A stretch of DNA of 64,000 nt from Eledone cirrhosa (Eukaryota). Both the position numbers and the translations under genes were made by a program. Numbering within the stretch: the stretch's first letter is position 1; each line of letters begins with the position of its first letter. Below the pieces are notes generated by a model. The model was not told where the DNA came from. It ran no database searches and saw only the letters and a list, made by a program, of their open reading frames with translations. This document shows, in pieces, positions 13,334-27,293 of this stretch. The DNA lies in NCBI GenBank assembly GCA_964016885.1, contig OZ024740.1, forward strand, positions 119,598,001-119,662,000, given 5' to 3'.

Positions 13334-14710
13334 TCTATCTCTATATATAAAACTGTGGTTGTCTGTCTGTCTATCGATTTTTGGCACACATCTCCTCTTA
13401 GATTCTCTCACGGAATTGCACCGAAATTGCTATACTTGTACATTGAGCCCTAGCGAAGACATCGGAAAAAAAAATTTCAAATTGACCCACCCTATGTGAC
13501 GAAATCGAATATAATGTATCGATTTTTGAGCGTAAGTGATCAGTTATTTCCCTTTGTTCTGTTTACATTGAGCGTCTGCGTGCAAAAATTAAAAAAATAC
13601 GCTGGCTTTCTCAGCGTTTAAAATGACATTAACACAATAATTTTTACTTGAAAACAAGTCTATTTAAAGACTACGTAAAACAAGCAAATATTTCGTAAAA
13701 AAAAGAAAAAATTATATAAGTTTATTTAAAATATATGTATCTGTAAATTTCGTTAGGCGTGCAGTCAGTTTTATATATATAGATGATAAACAATAATATC
13801 CTCTATGAGGTCACTAAACCTGCTAGAAACAGCAGCTAACTCTCCCTCATATCACACCACTCCCTACTGTCTTAAATTTAGAAAACACATATCCTCTATG
13901 AGGTTACTAAACCTGCTAGAAACAGCAGCTAACTCTCCCTCATATCACACCACTCCCTACTGTCTTAAATTTAGAAAACACATATCCTCTATGAGGTTAC
14001 TAAACCTGCTAGAAACAGCAGCTAACTCTCCCCCATATCATACCCCTCCCTACTGTCTTAAATTTAGAAAACATATCTTCTATGAGATCACTAAACCTGC
14101 TAGAAACAGCAGCTAACTCTCCCTCATATCACACCCCTCCCTACTGTCTTAAATTTAGAAAACATATCCTCTATGAGGTCACTAAACCTGCTAGAAACAG
14201 CAGCTAACTCTCCCTCATATCACACCACTCCCTACTGTCTTAAATTTAGAAAACATATCCTCTATGAGGTCACTAAACCTGCTAGAAACAGCAGCTAACT
14301 CTCCCTCATATCACACCACTCCCTACTGTCTTAAATTTAGAAAACACATATCCTCTATGAGGTCACTAAACCTGCTAGAAACAGCAGCTAACTCTCCCTC
14401 ATATCACAACCCTCCCTACTGTCTTAAATTTAGAAAACACACAGACAACCATGCAGAACAACTCCATCGCAGCTCTGTTGTTCGGCTGGCATCGTCTACT
14501 CGCGTGTTGCGCAAGTACTGTGAAACAATAAATTTCAACACTTTTTTGCACAGAGATAATATCCATAGGCGAAACTACAATTGTCACTGCTGGCGCAGCT
14601 CATGCTTCCAGGTCTGCAATTCATTCACCCAGTGCCTGGCAGACAAAAAAGTGCTGCAACCTAACTTTGGTAACTTAATGACCCCGAGCAACGCCGGGCT
14701 TTAATGCTAG
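13334..14710 (+). mobile_element. Non-autonomous Helitron
   Basis: 5' A|TCTATCTCTATATATAAAACTG...(gtct)n; 3' hairpin cccgagcaacgccggg followed by ctttaatgCTAG|T; inserted between A and T with no TSD. Confidence 0.8.
13795..14441 (+). repeat. Tandem array of 7 units of 91-93 bp inside the Helitron
   Basis: Units start (ctctatgagg-like) at 13801, 13894, 13987, 14078, 14169, 14260 and 14353. Confidence 0.97.
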
Positions 14711-16249
14711 TGTATGATAAGTGATAAAGTGAAATAAATTTACATGAATATTTATGTGGTTATTTGTGCACACCGTGTTTTCAGCAATAATCTGTAAGTT
14801 AATTATCTCATTGCTTTTACTCTCAGGAACTTAAATCCATATTGTTATGTGTGAAGTAATTGAATATGTCTATAAATTTTAATATTTCCATAGGAATATT
14901 TAATCGTGGTATTTTTGTTTATATATCTATTTAACCTTTTAAACACAATGTGGTGTGGCCCTTGTTATTAAGCTGTGTTTATTGAAGACATGTAGAATAA
15001 TATATATGTATATCATGCAATAGTTGTGAGTTGTGATAGTGATTTAATCGGGATTTACAGATCAAAATGCCAGTCATTTCCTAGTAGAGTGCTAGCAAAC
15101 AAACTTTATTTTCCATTAACTTCCATTAATGAGTGACATTGCTGACTGAGACATAAGATTGTTTCCCAAACAGTTGAAGAGTCAAAGCTTTATATTTCAT
15201 TATAAGGACATAGCAAGCAAATGTTCGTTAGCTTGCAGAACAGAGCCCAAATTCTTCCATAAAAAGACATTTAACATATTCTGACATGCAGGCATTCTGT
15301 CAACGTCATTATGCCTTGATAAAAATTATTAAGTTAATCTTTTCACAAAACCTAGGCAGAGGTTCCTGGACCAAAAGAAAAAAACGAAAAAAAAACATTT
15401 CAAGTAGATAAACTCATACTTCACATCTCACATTAAACAAAATCCTTAATGTTCTTTGTCAAGGAAACTGAATTATTTGAATTCTTAACCTTACCGAAGC
15501 TGGTATGAATTTGTATCAGTGATCAAATACTTATTATAAAACTGTTCTATTTCCACAAACGACAAAAATAGATAATTCCTCTGCACATTTCAACAGCTTC
15601 ATTGATATTTGTCTTTTAGAATATCTTTTAAAGTAGAAACCCCCTTATACACCAATGTTGATATATGTTTTCAGTATTTGGATAAATTGCTTTTGTATAA
15701 TTATTTAAGTTTAGCCTGAATAATAAATTGGATAATAAATTAATTACATATAATTTTCCGACAAGAAATAAATTTGAGAAAAATAATTCGAAATGAAATG
15801 CAAATTTTGGGAAACATTTAAGATTCCATAGGTTCTCTTTAACTTGAAGGTGAAGATCACAAAGCTTCCTGATTGATATGGCTACTATCATAGTCGATTT
15901 TAGAGAATTGGCTGTTACAATATTCCTAGCTTCTTCATTTCAATAATACTTAATCCTACTTGGCAATAAAGTTTACACCCAGCCTTCATAACATTTGGAG
16001 GTTATTTCTACATATGAAGTTTCAGAAACATCCACAATAAGTTAACATCTAGGTGCATTATTTCCTGATCAAATATATCTTAAAGCTACCACGATGGAAA
16101 ATCTAATATTAATATAAAAGTTGTTCTTATGTTAAATTCACACACATAAAGACACGATCATTTATCTCTTCCTAAAATGGATCACATTCCATGTCTTTCT
16201 ACTGATGTTTCATTCCTCATCGAAATATCAATAGGTTTATTTATTTTGT

Positions 16250-16491
16250 ATCATCATCATCATCATCATTTTACGTCTACTTTTCCCTGCTTGCAAGGGT
16301 TGGATGGGTCCTATTCAGCACAGCATCTCTCCACTTGTCACGGTCCTTTGTCATCTCCTCCATGAGTTTCAGCGATCTGAGGTCTGCTCTCACCACCTCC
16401 GCCCATGTTTTACGTGGTCTACCTCTACTGCATCTTCCTTCTACCTGGATTTCTTGGCACTTCTTTACCCAGCAGTCATCCTCCATGCGCA
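16250..16491 (-). mobile_element. RTE LINE 3' fragment (short-UTR subfamily)
   Basis: GRPRKTWAEVVRADL; (GAT)n tail; matches the 3' end of 48036-50470. Confidence 0.9.
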
Positions 16492-16504
16492 TATATAATA
16501 TATA

Positions 16505-16685
16505 TAATTGTTTCTACTTTAGGCACAAGGCCAACAATTACCCAGTACATTACTGGTACTTTAATTTATCGATCCTGTAAGGATGAAAGGCAAAGTTAAC
16601 CTCGGCGGGATTTGAACTCAGACTGTAAAGGGACGTAACTATGCTAGAAAGCATGGCGTCCAACCCTCTACCAATACTGCCAATA
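16505..16685 (-). mobile_element. SINE family A copy
   Basis: Highly similar to 1680-1858 and 53070-53258. Confidence 0.8.
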
Positions 16686-16689
16686 TACA

Positions 16690-17015
16690 TAATAGGTAAA
16701 AAACAGTGATGTTATGTTACATGTATTTATGTTCTTATTGAGTATTTACCTGTTATGCGCTTTTCACAGATGATTGGCACAAGTTCACCCATGGGAGTTA
16801 TGGACCTGACTCTAGCATTGATCTGCTCCTCACATTGGTGATTATGGTGATTAAAAGAAAATACAATTTTTCACCAGTCACAAAAACTGATTGATTCTGG
16901 AGTCAGGTCCATCACTTCCATAGGTTACCATCTGTGAATCATGCATAACTGATCACTACTCAATAAAAACAGAAATACATATAAATGAAACCTCATTGTT
17001 TCTTATCATTATATA
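16690..17015. repeat. Diverged fold-back inverted repeat
   Basis: atggacctgactctag vs ctggagtcaggtccat; ttcacagatg vs catctgtgaa; ttattgagta vs tactcaataa. Confidence 0.75.
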
Positions 17016-17706
17016 CACTCTGCTTGAGTATTGACTGCTCACATTGGTACTACTACCAGTAATTCATTGAATCACCTACAACTTACACTATATATATATC
17101 ACCACCATTTTATGTCCGCTTTTCCCTGCTTGCAAGGGTGCGACGGGAACTGATTCTGGCTTGATTTCTACAGCTGGATGCCCTTCCTAACACCAACCTC
17201 ATTTACAGTGAATGCTGGGTGCTCTTTTGCATGGCACCTACACGACCACTTTGCAGATATATATATATACAGTTCAGATCTAGCTGTCGAAACGGCTGGA
17301 GCTCAGCTGTTGGGATCCTGAATCTTTTCATATTACCCACTCTACTACCTGAAATATCAAGTACTCTGGTGCTGTATGTTCCCCCTGGTATCTTACCACA
17401 CCCACTCGGATCTATCTATCTCTATATATATATAATAAAAAAATAATAATAATAATAATAATGGTTATTCCAATGTCTTGGAATGTTTGTTATATATATA
17501 TGTATATATATATATAATCGTCTGGTTTTGGAACCAACCAACCGGAAATTTATAAATTTAATTTATAATAAATTGAAGTGAAAGCGACTGGTGCGTGTGT
17601 TTCTTATTGGCAACATGACCCTCCCAAAGTATAACAATATCGGTTTCAACACACGTTTTCAGATAAAAAATCTTGCTAAACAAATTCAGAAACAAAATAT
17701 ATATAT

Positions 17707-20615
<2,909 letters not shown>

Positions 20616-20616
20616 T

Positions 20617-20948
20617 GTGGAGGCACATGGCTTAGTGGTTAGAGCATTGGCCTTGCAATCGAAAGGTTGTGAGTTCAATTCTCAGATCGGGTGATGTGTT
20701 GTTTCCTTGAGCAAGACACTTTATTTCAAATTGCCCCAGTTTACTCAGCTGTAGAAATGAGATGATACGGACTGGGGTCCCTATCATTCCACTGTAAAGT
20801 GGTCATGTAGGCGCCACGGAAAAAAAGCACCTCACTGTAAATGAGGTTGGTGTTAGGAAAGGCATCCAGCTGTAGAAATCAAGCCAGAATCAGTTCCCGT
20901 CCCACCCTTGCAAGCAGGGAAAAAGTGGACATAAAATGATGATGATGA
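20617..20948 (+). mobile_element. tRNA/CORE SINE with an RTE-derived 3' tail
   Basis: A box tggcttagtggtt, B box gagttcaattc, CORE-like motif, RTE 3'UTR sequence, (GAT)n tail; sister copy at 41079-41417 (-). Confidence 0.88.
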
Positions 20949-20994
20949 TTAAAATACAAATATTAATAAAATAGATGTTCTTTTGATCAATTAA

Positions 20995-21047
20995 ATTTTA
21001 TTATACATATTTCAGAGGTACAAGAGTACGTCCTCATCAGACAAAAT
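20995..21047 (-). ncRNA. Minimal type I hammerhead ribozyme
   Basis: attttgt-CTGATGA-GGACGTAC tctt GTACCTCT-GAAA-TATGTA-TA-ataaaat on the minus strand. Confidence 0.75.
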
Positions 21048-21146
21048 ATAATGATACATGACATACCCTGAGGTGTTAAATGGTTAAGATTTAATCAAGG
21101 TAGACTACCTTGATTTAACATCTCAGGGTATGTCATGTATCATTAT

Positions 21147-21199
21147 ATTTTGTCTGATGAGGATGTACTGTTGTACCTCTGAAATATGTATAATAAAAT
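21147..21199 (+). ncRNA. Minimal type I hammerhead ribozyme
   Basis: attttgt-CTGATGA-GGATGTAC tgtt GTACCTCT-GAAA-TATGTA-TA-ataaaat; stems I, II and a minimal III; AUA triplet. Confidence 0.75.
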
Positions 21200-21342
21200 T
21201 TAATTGATCAAAAGCACATCTATTTTATTAATATTTGTATTTTAATATTAATAACTCTGGAAAATTATTTTTTAACTGTAGAGTGCTTCCAATCTACTGT
21301 AAAACTCATTCTTTGATGTACTCATTGAATCTTGTTTAACTC

Positions 21343-21380
<38 letters not shown>

Positions 21381-21459
21381 ATACTTGAGGAGGGTCATAT
21401 TGTTGTAATAATATTGCCAGAAATAATATGTGTATATATATATATATAGATAGATATAT

Positions 21460-22078
21460 CATCATCATCACAGTTTTACGTCCGTTCTTCCATGCTAGCA
21501 TGGGTTAGACGGGTTGTCCTGTTGTGGGCAGTGTCCGGTCGGGTGACCATGCATTGCTCATACGGGTACTGATTCTGGCTTGATGTCTACTGCTGGATGC
21601 CCTTCCTAACACCAACCTCATTTACAGTGAGTGGTGGGTGCTTATTTCCGTGGCACCTACACATCCACTTTACAGTGTGGGCTGGGTGCTTTTTTGCCGT
21701 GGCACCTCCATGACCACTTTGCAGTGGGAGGGTGTGGGTGCATACTTTCCATATGCTTCAGCTTCAGCTTGTACCCGTGGGGAGTCAGCTCTTCTGTATT
21801 ACTGCATGACGCCAGAGGTCACAGTCGTGTGTCATCGCTTTTGAGAGGTGTAATTGGGTAAGGTTGGCTTTTATCACCTCATCCCAGGTCTTCTTGGGTC
21901 TCCCCACTCCGCGGTTTCCATTGACTTCTAGTGCTCTGCACCTTTTTATGCAGCTGTCATCCATCATATGCATCACATGTCCATACCAACGCAACCGCCT
22001 CTCCTGCACACACCATTTGAATCCTCTTATGCTAAGTCTCTCTCTCAATTCATTTATGCTTTGCCGTTCGCGTATATT
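21460..22078 (-). mobile_element. RTE LINE 3' fragment
   Basis: ERRLRWYGHV...GRPKKTW; same subfamily as 33162-36108. Confidence 0.92.
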
Positions 22079-22477
22079 ATATATATATATATAAATAAAG
22101 GGATATTTAATTTGTTGGTAATTCAACAAATGTATATATTTATAACTGATTCGAAGCTCTCGACAGGTTTTCTGGAGTATAATATCAATGATATTAATGA
22201 AATTAATAAATGGAAACTATATTTATAAAACCATATTTATTCTATTATATATATTTCAAGGGTACCAAAACTCATCAGATAAAATACAAAGCTTGTTTTA
22301 TAAATATTGGCATATCCAGGAACGAGATCTTAATGGTTCAAGTTTTTCCTGGATAGTAAAAGGAAAAAGGAGAAAGAGAGGAAAAATCAAATATTTCAAA
22401 TTATTAAGACGTTATTTTTAGACGCTAGGTAGATTTAAATAATTATTAGGATATATATATATGTATGTATATATATA

Positions 22478-22865
22478 TACGTTTGCGGATGTCAGACCTG
22501 TTTTTTACGTCCACACAGCCTCACTCTTAAGTCCAGTAGCTGATGTTGACTTTAACTTTTTCTCTCTCTTTGGTTGCTCACACACATGTGCTTTCAAGTT
22601 TCCCTCTTCAGTATGTTTTTTTTCTGTATTCTTTTCCTTTTTTCTTTCTTTTTCCCTTCTGTTATATATTTTTTCCTCTCCTTTTTTCCCCAATAACTTC
22701 CTTTAGTTATTGATACACTGGAGCTAGACATCTTGTCTTTAATTCGTAGAAATATCTGTGAACTCCAGCAGACAGCTGATGAAGGGAAATTATCCCACAT
22801 TCGTGATTTCCTCTTATTTATAAATACACTTTATTAAACAACAACACAGCCCCTGTTTTTTCTCT
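22478..22865 (+). mobile_element. PLE-like non-coding fragment between (TA)n runs
   Basis: Pyrimidine-rich; shares the gtctttaa..cg..gaaata...ctgatgaagg motif with 2505-2560. Confidence 0.4.
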
Positions 22866-25800
22866 ATATATATAACCAACATTCCAAGACATTGGAATAG
22901 CTATTTTTGGAAGAATTACAGTTCCTTCATCAGGATAAGAATTCTTACTGAGGAATAAGGGGACAAGTTGAATACATATCACATGTCATTGCCAGACTAC
23001 TTGGGGAACAATGTGTTGCATCACTGAATTGCTATATGGATATATCCCACTTAATATATTAGGACAATACGACAGCCTTATATTTATAAATTAATATCAA
23101 CATCTCCATCATTGTTGAGCTGATTTAGATGGTTTTGGCTGCTATTTCCAGTGTCAATATAAGACCATCATATTGACCTCATACATTAAGTTGGTTATAT
23201 TCATATAGTAATTCAGCAATGTAACATGTTCACCATACAGTTTGGCAATGACATGGCATATATGATATGTATTCAACTTGGCCCCTTATTCCTAAGTAAG
23301 AATTCTCCTCCCAATGAAAGAACAGTAATTCTTCCAGTATTGTTTATTCCAGTATTGTTTATGTTATTTCTTGAGTTCCAGAAACATTGGTCCAGGAACT
23401 GTATAAGTAAAACTAACCTTTTTTACCCAGTCTAGCTTATATCCCCCAAAATTGATATTTTGGCTTGCGTTTAATATACTTTATACCTTTCTGAGTAGAT
23501 AATGTATTAATATATTTTATCCTTTCATTGTGTACATAATAGAAACAGTCAACTTAATACATTAATATATATATATAACAGAATTCTATTCAACCTATTA
23601 CAAATTCACTCACAGGGCATTGGTTGGTCAACTAAATCTTATAATAGTAGTTACTTGCCCAAAGTAAAAGGCAGTGGGATTTACTCATAAGGTTTCAGTG
23701 GGCCCATAATATGAACAAACTCTGAGTTCAAAAATTGGTTTACATAAACCAGGTTTCCTTTCAATTTCTAGCTTTCAAATGCGCTCATAAGGCATAGGTC
23801 AACAGATGATTTGAACAACCAAACTCCAATTTCTAAAGCTTGTTTATATAAATCCAGTTTCCTTTCAATTTCTATCTATCACATTTACTTAAATGGGATT
23901 GGTTGGCCCAGTGTTAAAATAGATCTTGGCATTATTTGAACAAAACTTTAAGCTCTAAATTTGTTTATCAGCAGTATTCAGTATCACCAGTGCTCTTACA
24001 TCTGCAATACCACAAAAGCCTGCTGCTGCCACTTTAATTAAGAAGAATTCAAAACTTAGTTACAAAGGTGAAAAATATAAACAAAAAATATATATTGCAG
24101 GAAAGCAATAATGAACAATTTAGTAAATAAATCAATGACGAAATCAAAGAAATGTAGCATGTTAATGAAGTTTGCAGCATACTGCCACTAATTAAAGCAA
24201 ATAGTGATGTTGATATGAGATTTATCAAAGACAAACAAGTGCTTAATTATAGGTTTCATCACCAGAAAAAAAAAAGAAATTACAGGTTTATTAAATAAAC
24301 ATGAAAATAAAAAATAAATAAAAGAAAGTGTAATAATGAAATAAAATGAAAAAAATACGCATCTCACCTCATCAGGGTATTTTATTTGTTTGTATTTGGT
24401 AATGCATTTCTTTTGGATTACCAACTATATATCAAGCAATATATATGATGTTTCCATCTAACATATAACACCAAACAGTGATAAATCATAACTAAAAATA
24501 AGAAAATGGGTGAATAGAAATTAAAATTCAATAAACAAGAGTCATTTGGATTTCATTAATGTTGTAGTTTGTGTGTGTATATGTGTGCATATTTGTATTA
24601 GAGTTGGTGATGCTCCTGAAGGTCACAAAATGAAGATAGTAATAATGGTGATGATGATCATTATTATAAGGTTGAGAATGTTGGTGGTAATGATGATAAC
24701 GACAAGGATGATGATGTTTATTTACTGTTTTGCTGATAGTACTAATTACAATAAGCATTACAGTTGAAATAGTAATGAAGCATAAAACTGAGAATACTTA
24801 TAATCAAAGACTTACTAGTCATGATCACATCTTTCAGTATATATAAAACTATACCATTCAATGTAGCTGTTTTTTCTAAGGCTGGTAGCTGAAATCTGTG
24901 TAAATTTAACTACTATCTCTAGGAGGTTGGGTTATGAAGACAGATAATAGTTTCAAGTAGACTAACTAATTAAGAGTGTGAAAATATGTAGTTGTAGAAT
25001 TTTGTTGAATATAGTAGTGGTTATAGTGTAAGGTAAGTTAGTGGTAGTTTCATAGAGAGAAGGAAGAAAAAATAATATCTATTGCATAATTCAATGACTG
25101 TCATTAATTTAATTGCTAATATATTGCTACTAACATGTGTCATTTTCAGTAGCAATAGCACAGCTGTGTGATAAAGGCAATAGCTTCAGATTCAATCCCA
25201 CTCTATGCCAGCTTGGATAAGTGTTTCTACCATCGCCTGTGAGTAAAATACTGGAACTACAATTAATGTATTAAATATTTACTCTATCCAAGTTATTGAG
25301 ATATTTCTTTTATAATGTAGAATTATTGTATCATAATAATCATGATGTTTATGTCTGTTTTTTCCATGCTCACTTAGGTTGGATGGGCCCTTTTCAACAC
25401 AGCATTTCTCCACTCATAACATTCCTTCATCAACTCTGATTCTCAGTGATTTGAGATCAACTTACACCATCTCCACCCAGGTCTTCCTTAGTCTACCTCT
25501 ACTGCTGCTTCCTACCATTGGGATTTCCTGGCATATCTTCACCCAGAGATCATCATCCATGCACTTCACAGGTCTGGACCAACTCTTGAATACCACTTCA
25601 GTTTCCATTTCAACCCAGTTTCTCCCTCAATGCACCCAGGCTCTGTCTTTCTCTCACATTTATATTGCACATTCAACGAAGCATTGTAGCTTCATTTCTC
25701 TCCAGCCTACGTATGCCCTCTGTGTTATTCACACCTGGAGAGCATTGGGCTCCACCAGGTTATAAAAATTCCCTAGAAACGTTGTATTTCAATACTCTTC

Positions 25801-26069
25801 TGCTATGACACCCCCAGGAATTACAGGATCATGCATACTTATAAGGAGATCATGGAGGAGGTTTTAATATTACTATAGTTTTATCGAGGGTAATATTTAA
25901 CCCAAAGGTTTTAAATAAACAAGATAGTCTAATCACAAACTTTTTGCATATCTGAGAGTCATCAGCATATGAAAAATCAGGAATGAGAGTTTGAAAGACT
26001 AGTTTTTACTGTGAAGTGCCTGATTTTGGAAAGCTTCCTTATTCATAGAGAAAACAGAACCCAGATCCT

Positions 26070-27293
26070 CTTGGAAATGTAGGAAAGGTGTAGGTAGAAA
26101 CTCCATCCTCTTCCCCATATGCAAATTATGGGTACACAAGAGCGGTACTGGGATCTCAGGAAGTTTAACTAAGAATGTACCAGTTGCACTGAAACAGTAA
26201 GCAATAAACGACCACGGGAAACAAGTGCTACTAAATTCTGAGAGGGCTCTGTAGAAACAGTAGACAGTTTCTGCTACTTAGATGACTGAATTAGCAGTGG
26301 TGGTGGGTGTTCTGAAAGTATGGTAGCCAGAGTAAGAACGGGATGGAAGAAGTTCAGGGGGCTACAACCACTGCTGGCTACAAAAGGCTTTTCCCTCAGA
26401 CAAAAAGCACCCAGTCCACACTGTAAAGCGGTCATGTAGGCATCACAACTAAAGCACTCTGTATTCACTGTACATGAGGTTGATATTATGAAGGGCATCC
26501 AAGCCACAATCAGTCCTGTATGAGCAAGACATGGTCATCTGACCTAGCGCTGCCTACAACAGGACAACTTGTCTAACCACTGCTGGCATGGAAAATCGAC
26601 GTAAAATGGTAGTGATGATGATGCTATATGTATATACACACAATTATATATATATATCATCCTCATCCTCATCATCATTTTACGTCCGCTTTTCCTTGCT
26701 TGCAAGGGTGGGACGGGTCTTATTCAGCACAGTATCTCTCTACTTGTCACGGTCCTTCGTCATCTCCACCGTGAGCTTCAGCGATCTGAGGTCTGTTCTC
26801 ACCACCTCCGCCCATGTTTTTCGTGGTCTACCTCTACCAAATTTTCCTTCAACTGGCATTTCCTGGCACTTCTTCACCCACCAGTCATCCTCTATGCACA
26901 TCACATGTCCATACCACCTCAGTCTCCTCTCTCGCACACTAAATTCTATCCCTCTCAGACACAGTTTCTCTCTCAACACATTCATATATATATATGTGTG
27001 TGTGTGTGTGTGTATCATTATCATGATATATGTATGTGTATATGTATGTTATGTTGGTACCATAAAACATCCAGCCAACACTGTAAAGTGGTTGTGTAAA
27101 AGACACCGCAAAAAGCACACAACACACACTGTAACTGTGGTTGGTGCTAGGAAGGGCACCCAGCCATAGCAAACCAGCCAGAAACAGTCCTATTTGAGTG
27201 AGACATTATCACCTGACCAAACTTGCCTCTAAATGGGACAAACCAGTCTAATCCATGCTAGCGTGAATAGACATTAAATGATGATGATGATGA
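26070..27293. mobile_element. Cluster of RTE fragments (+ 26070-26622, - 26655-26985, + 27050-27293)
   Basis: GGGCSESMVARVRTGWKKF, RRLRWYGHV, 3'UTR matches and (GAT)n tails. Confidence 0.88.

Larger units (their letters stand above)
20948..21345. mobile_element. Palindromic PLE-type element; arms 20948-21081 and 21113-21246
   Basis: Near-perfect inverted repeat centred on AATCAAGGTAG-A-CTACCTTGATT; a hammerhead motif in each arm; ends in (TA)n. Confidence 0.85.

Noticed and set aside
13795-14441. Array as CRISPR or as a repeat-protein gene (MRSLNLLETAANS...)
   Set aside because: There are no unique spacers, the context is eukaryotic, and the 91-bp units shift frame.
15300-16150. Possible highly decayed PLE RT on the minus strand (TNI..EAVEMC)
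   Set aside because: Too degraded to support by eye.
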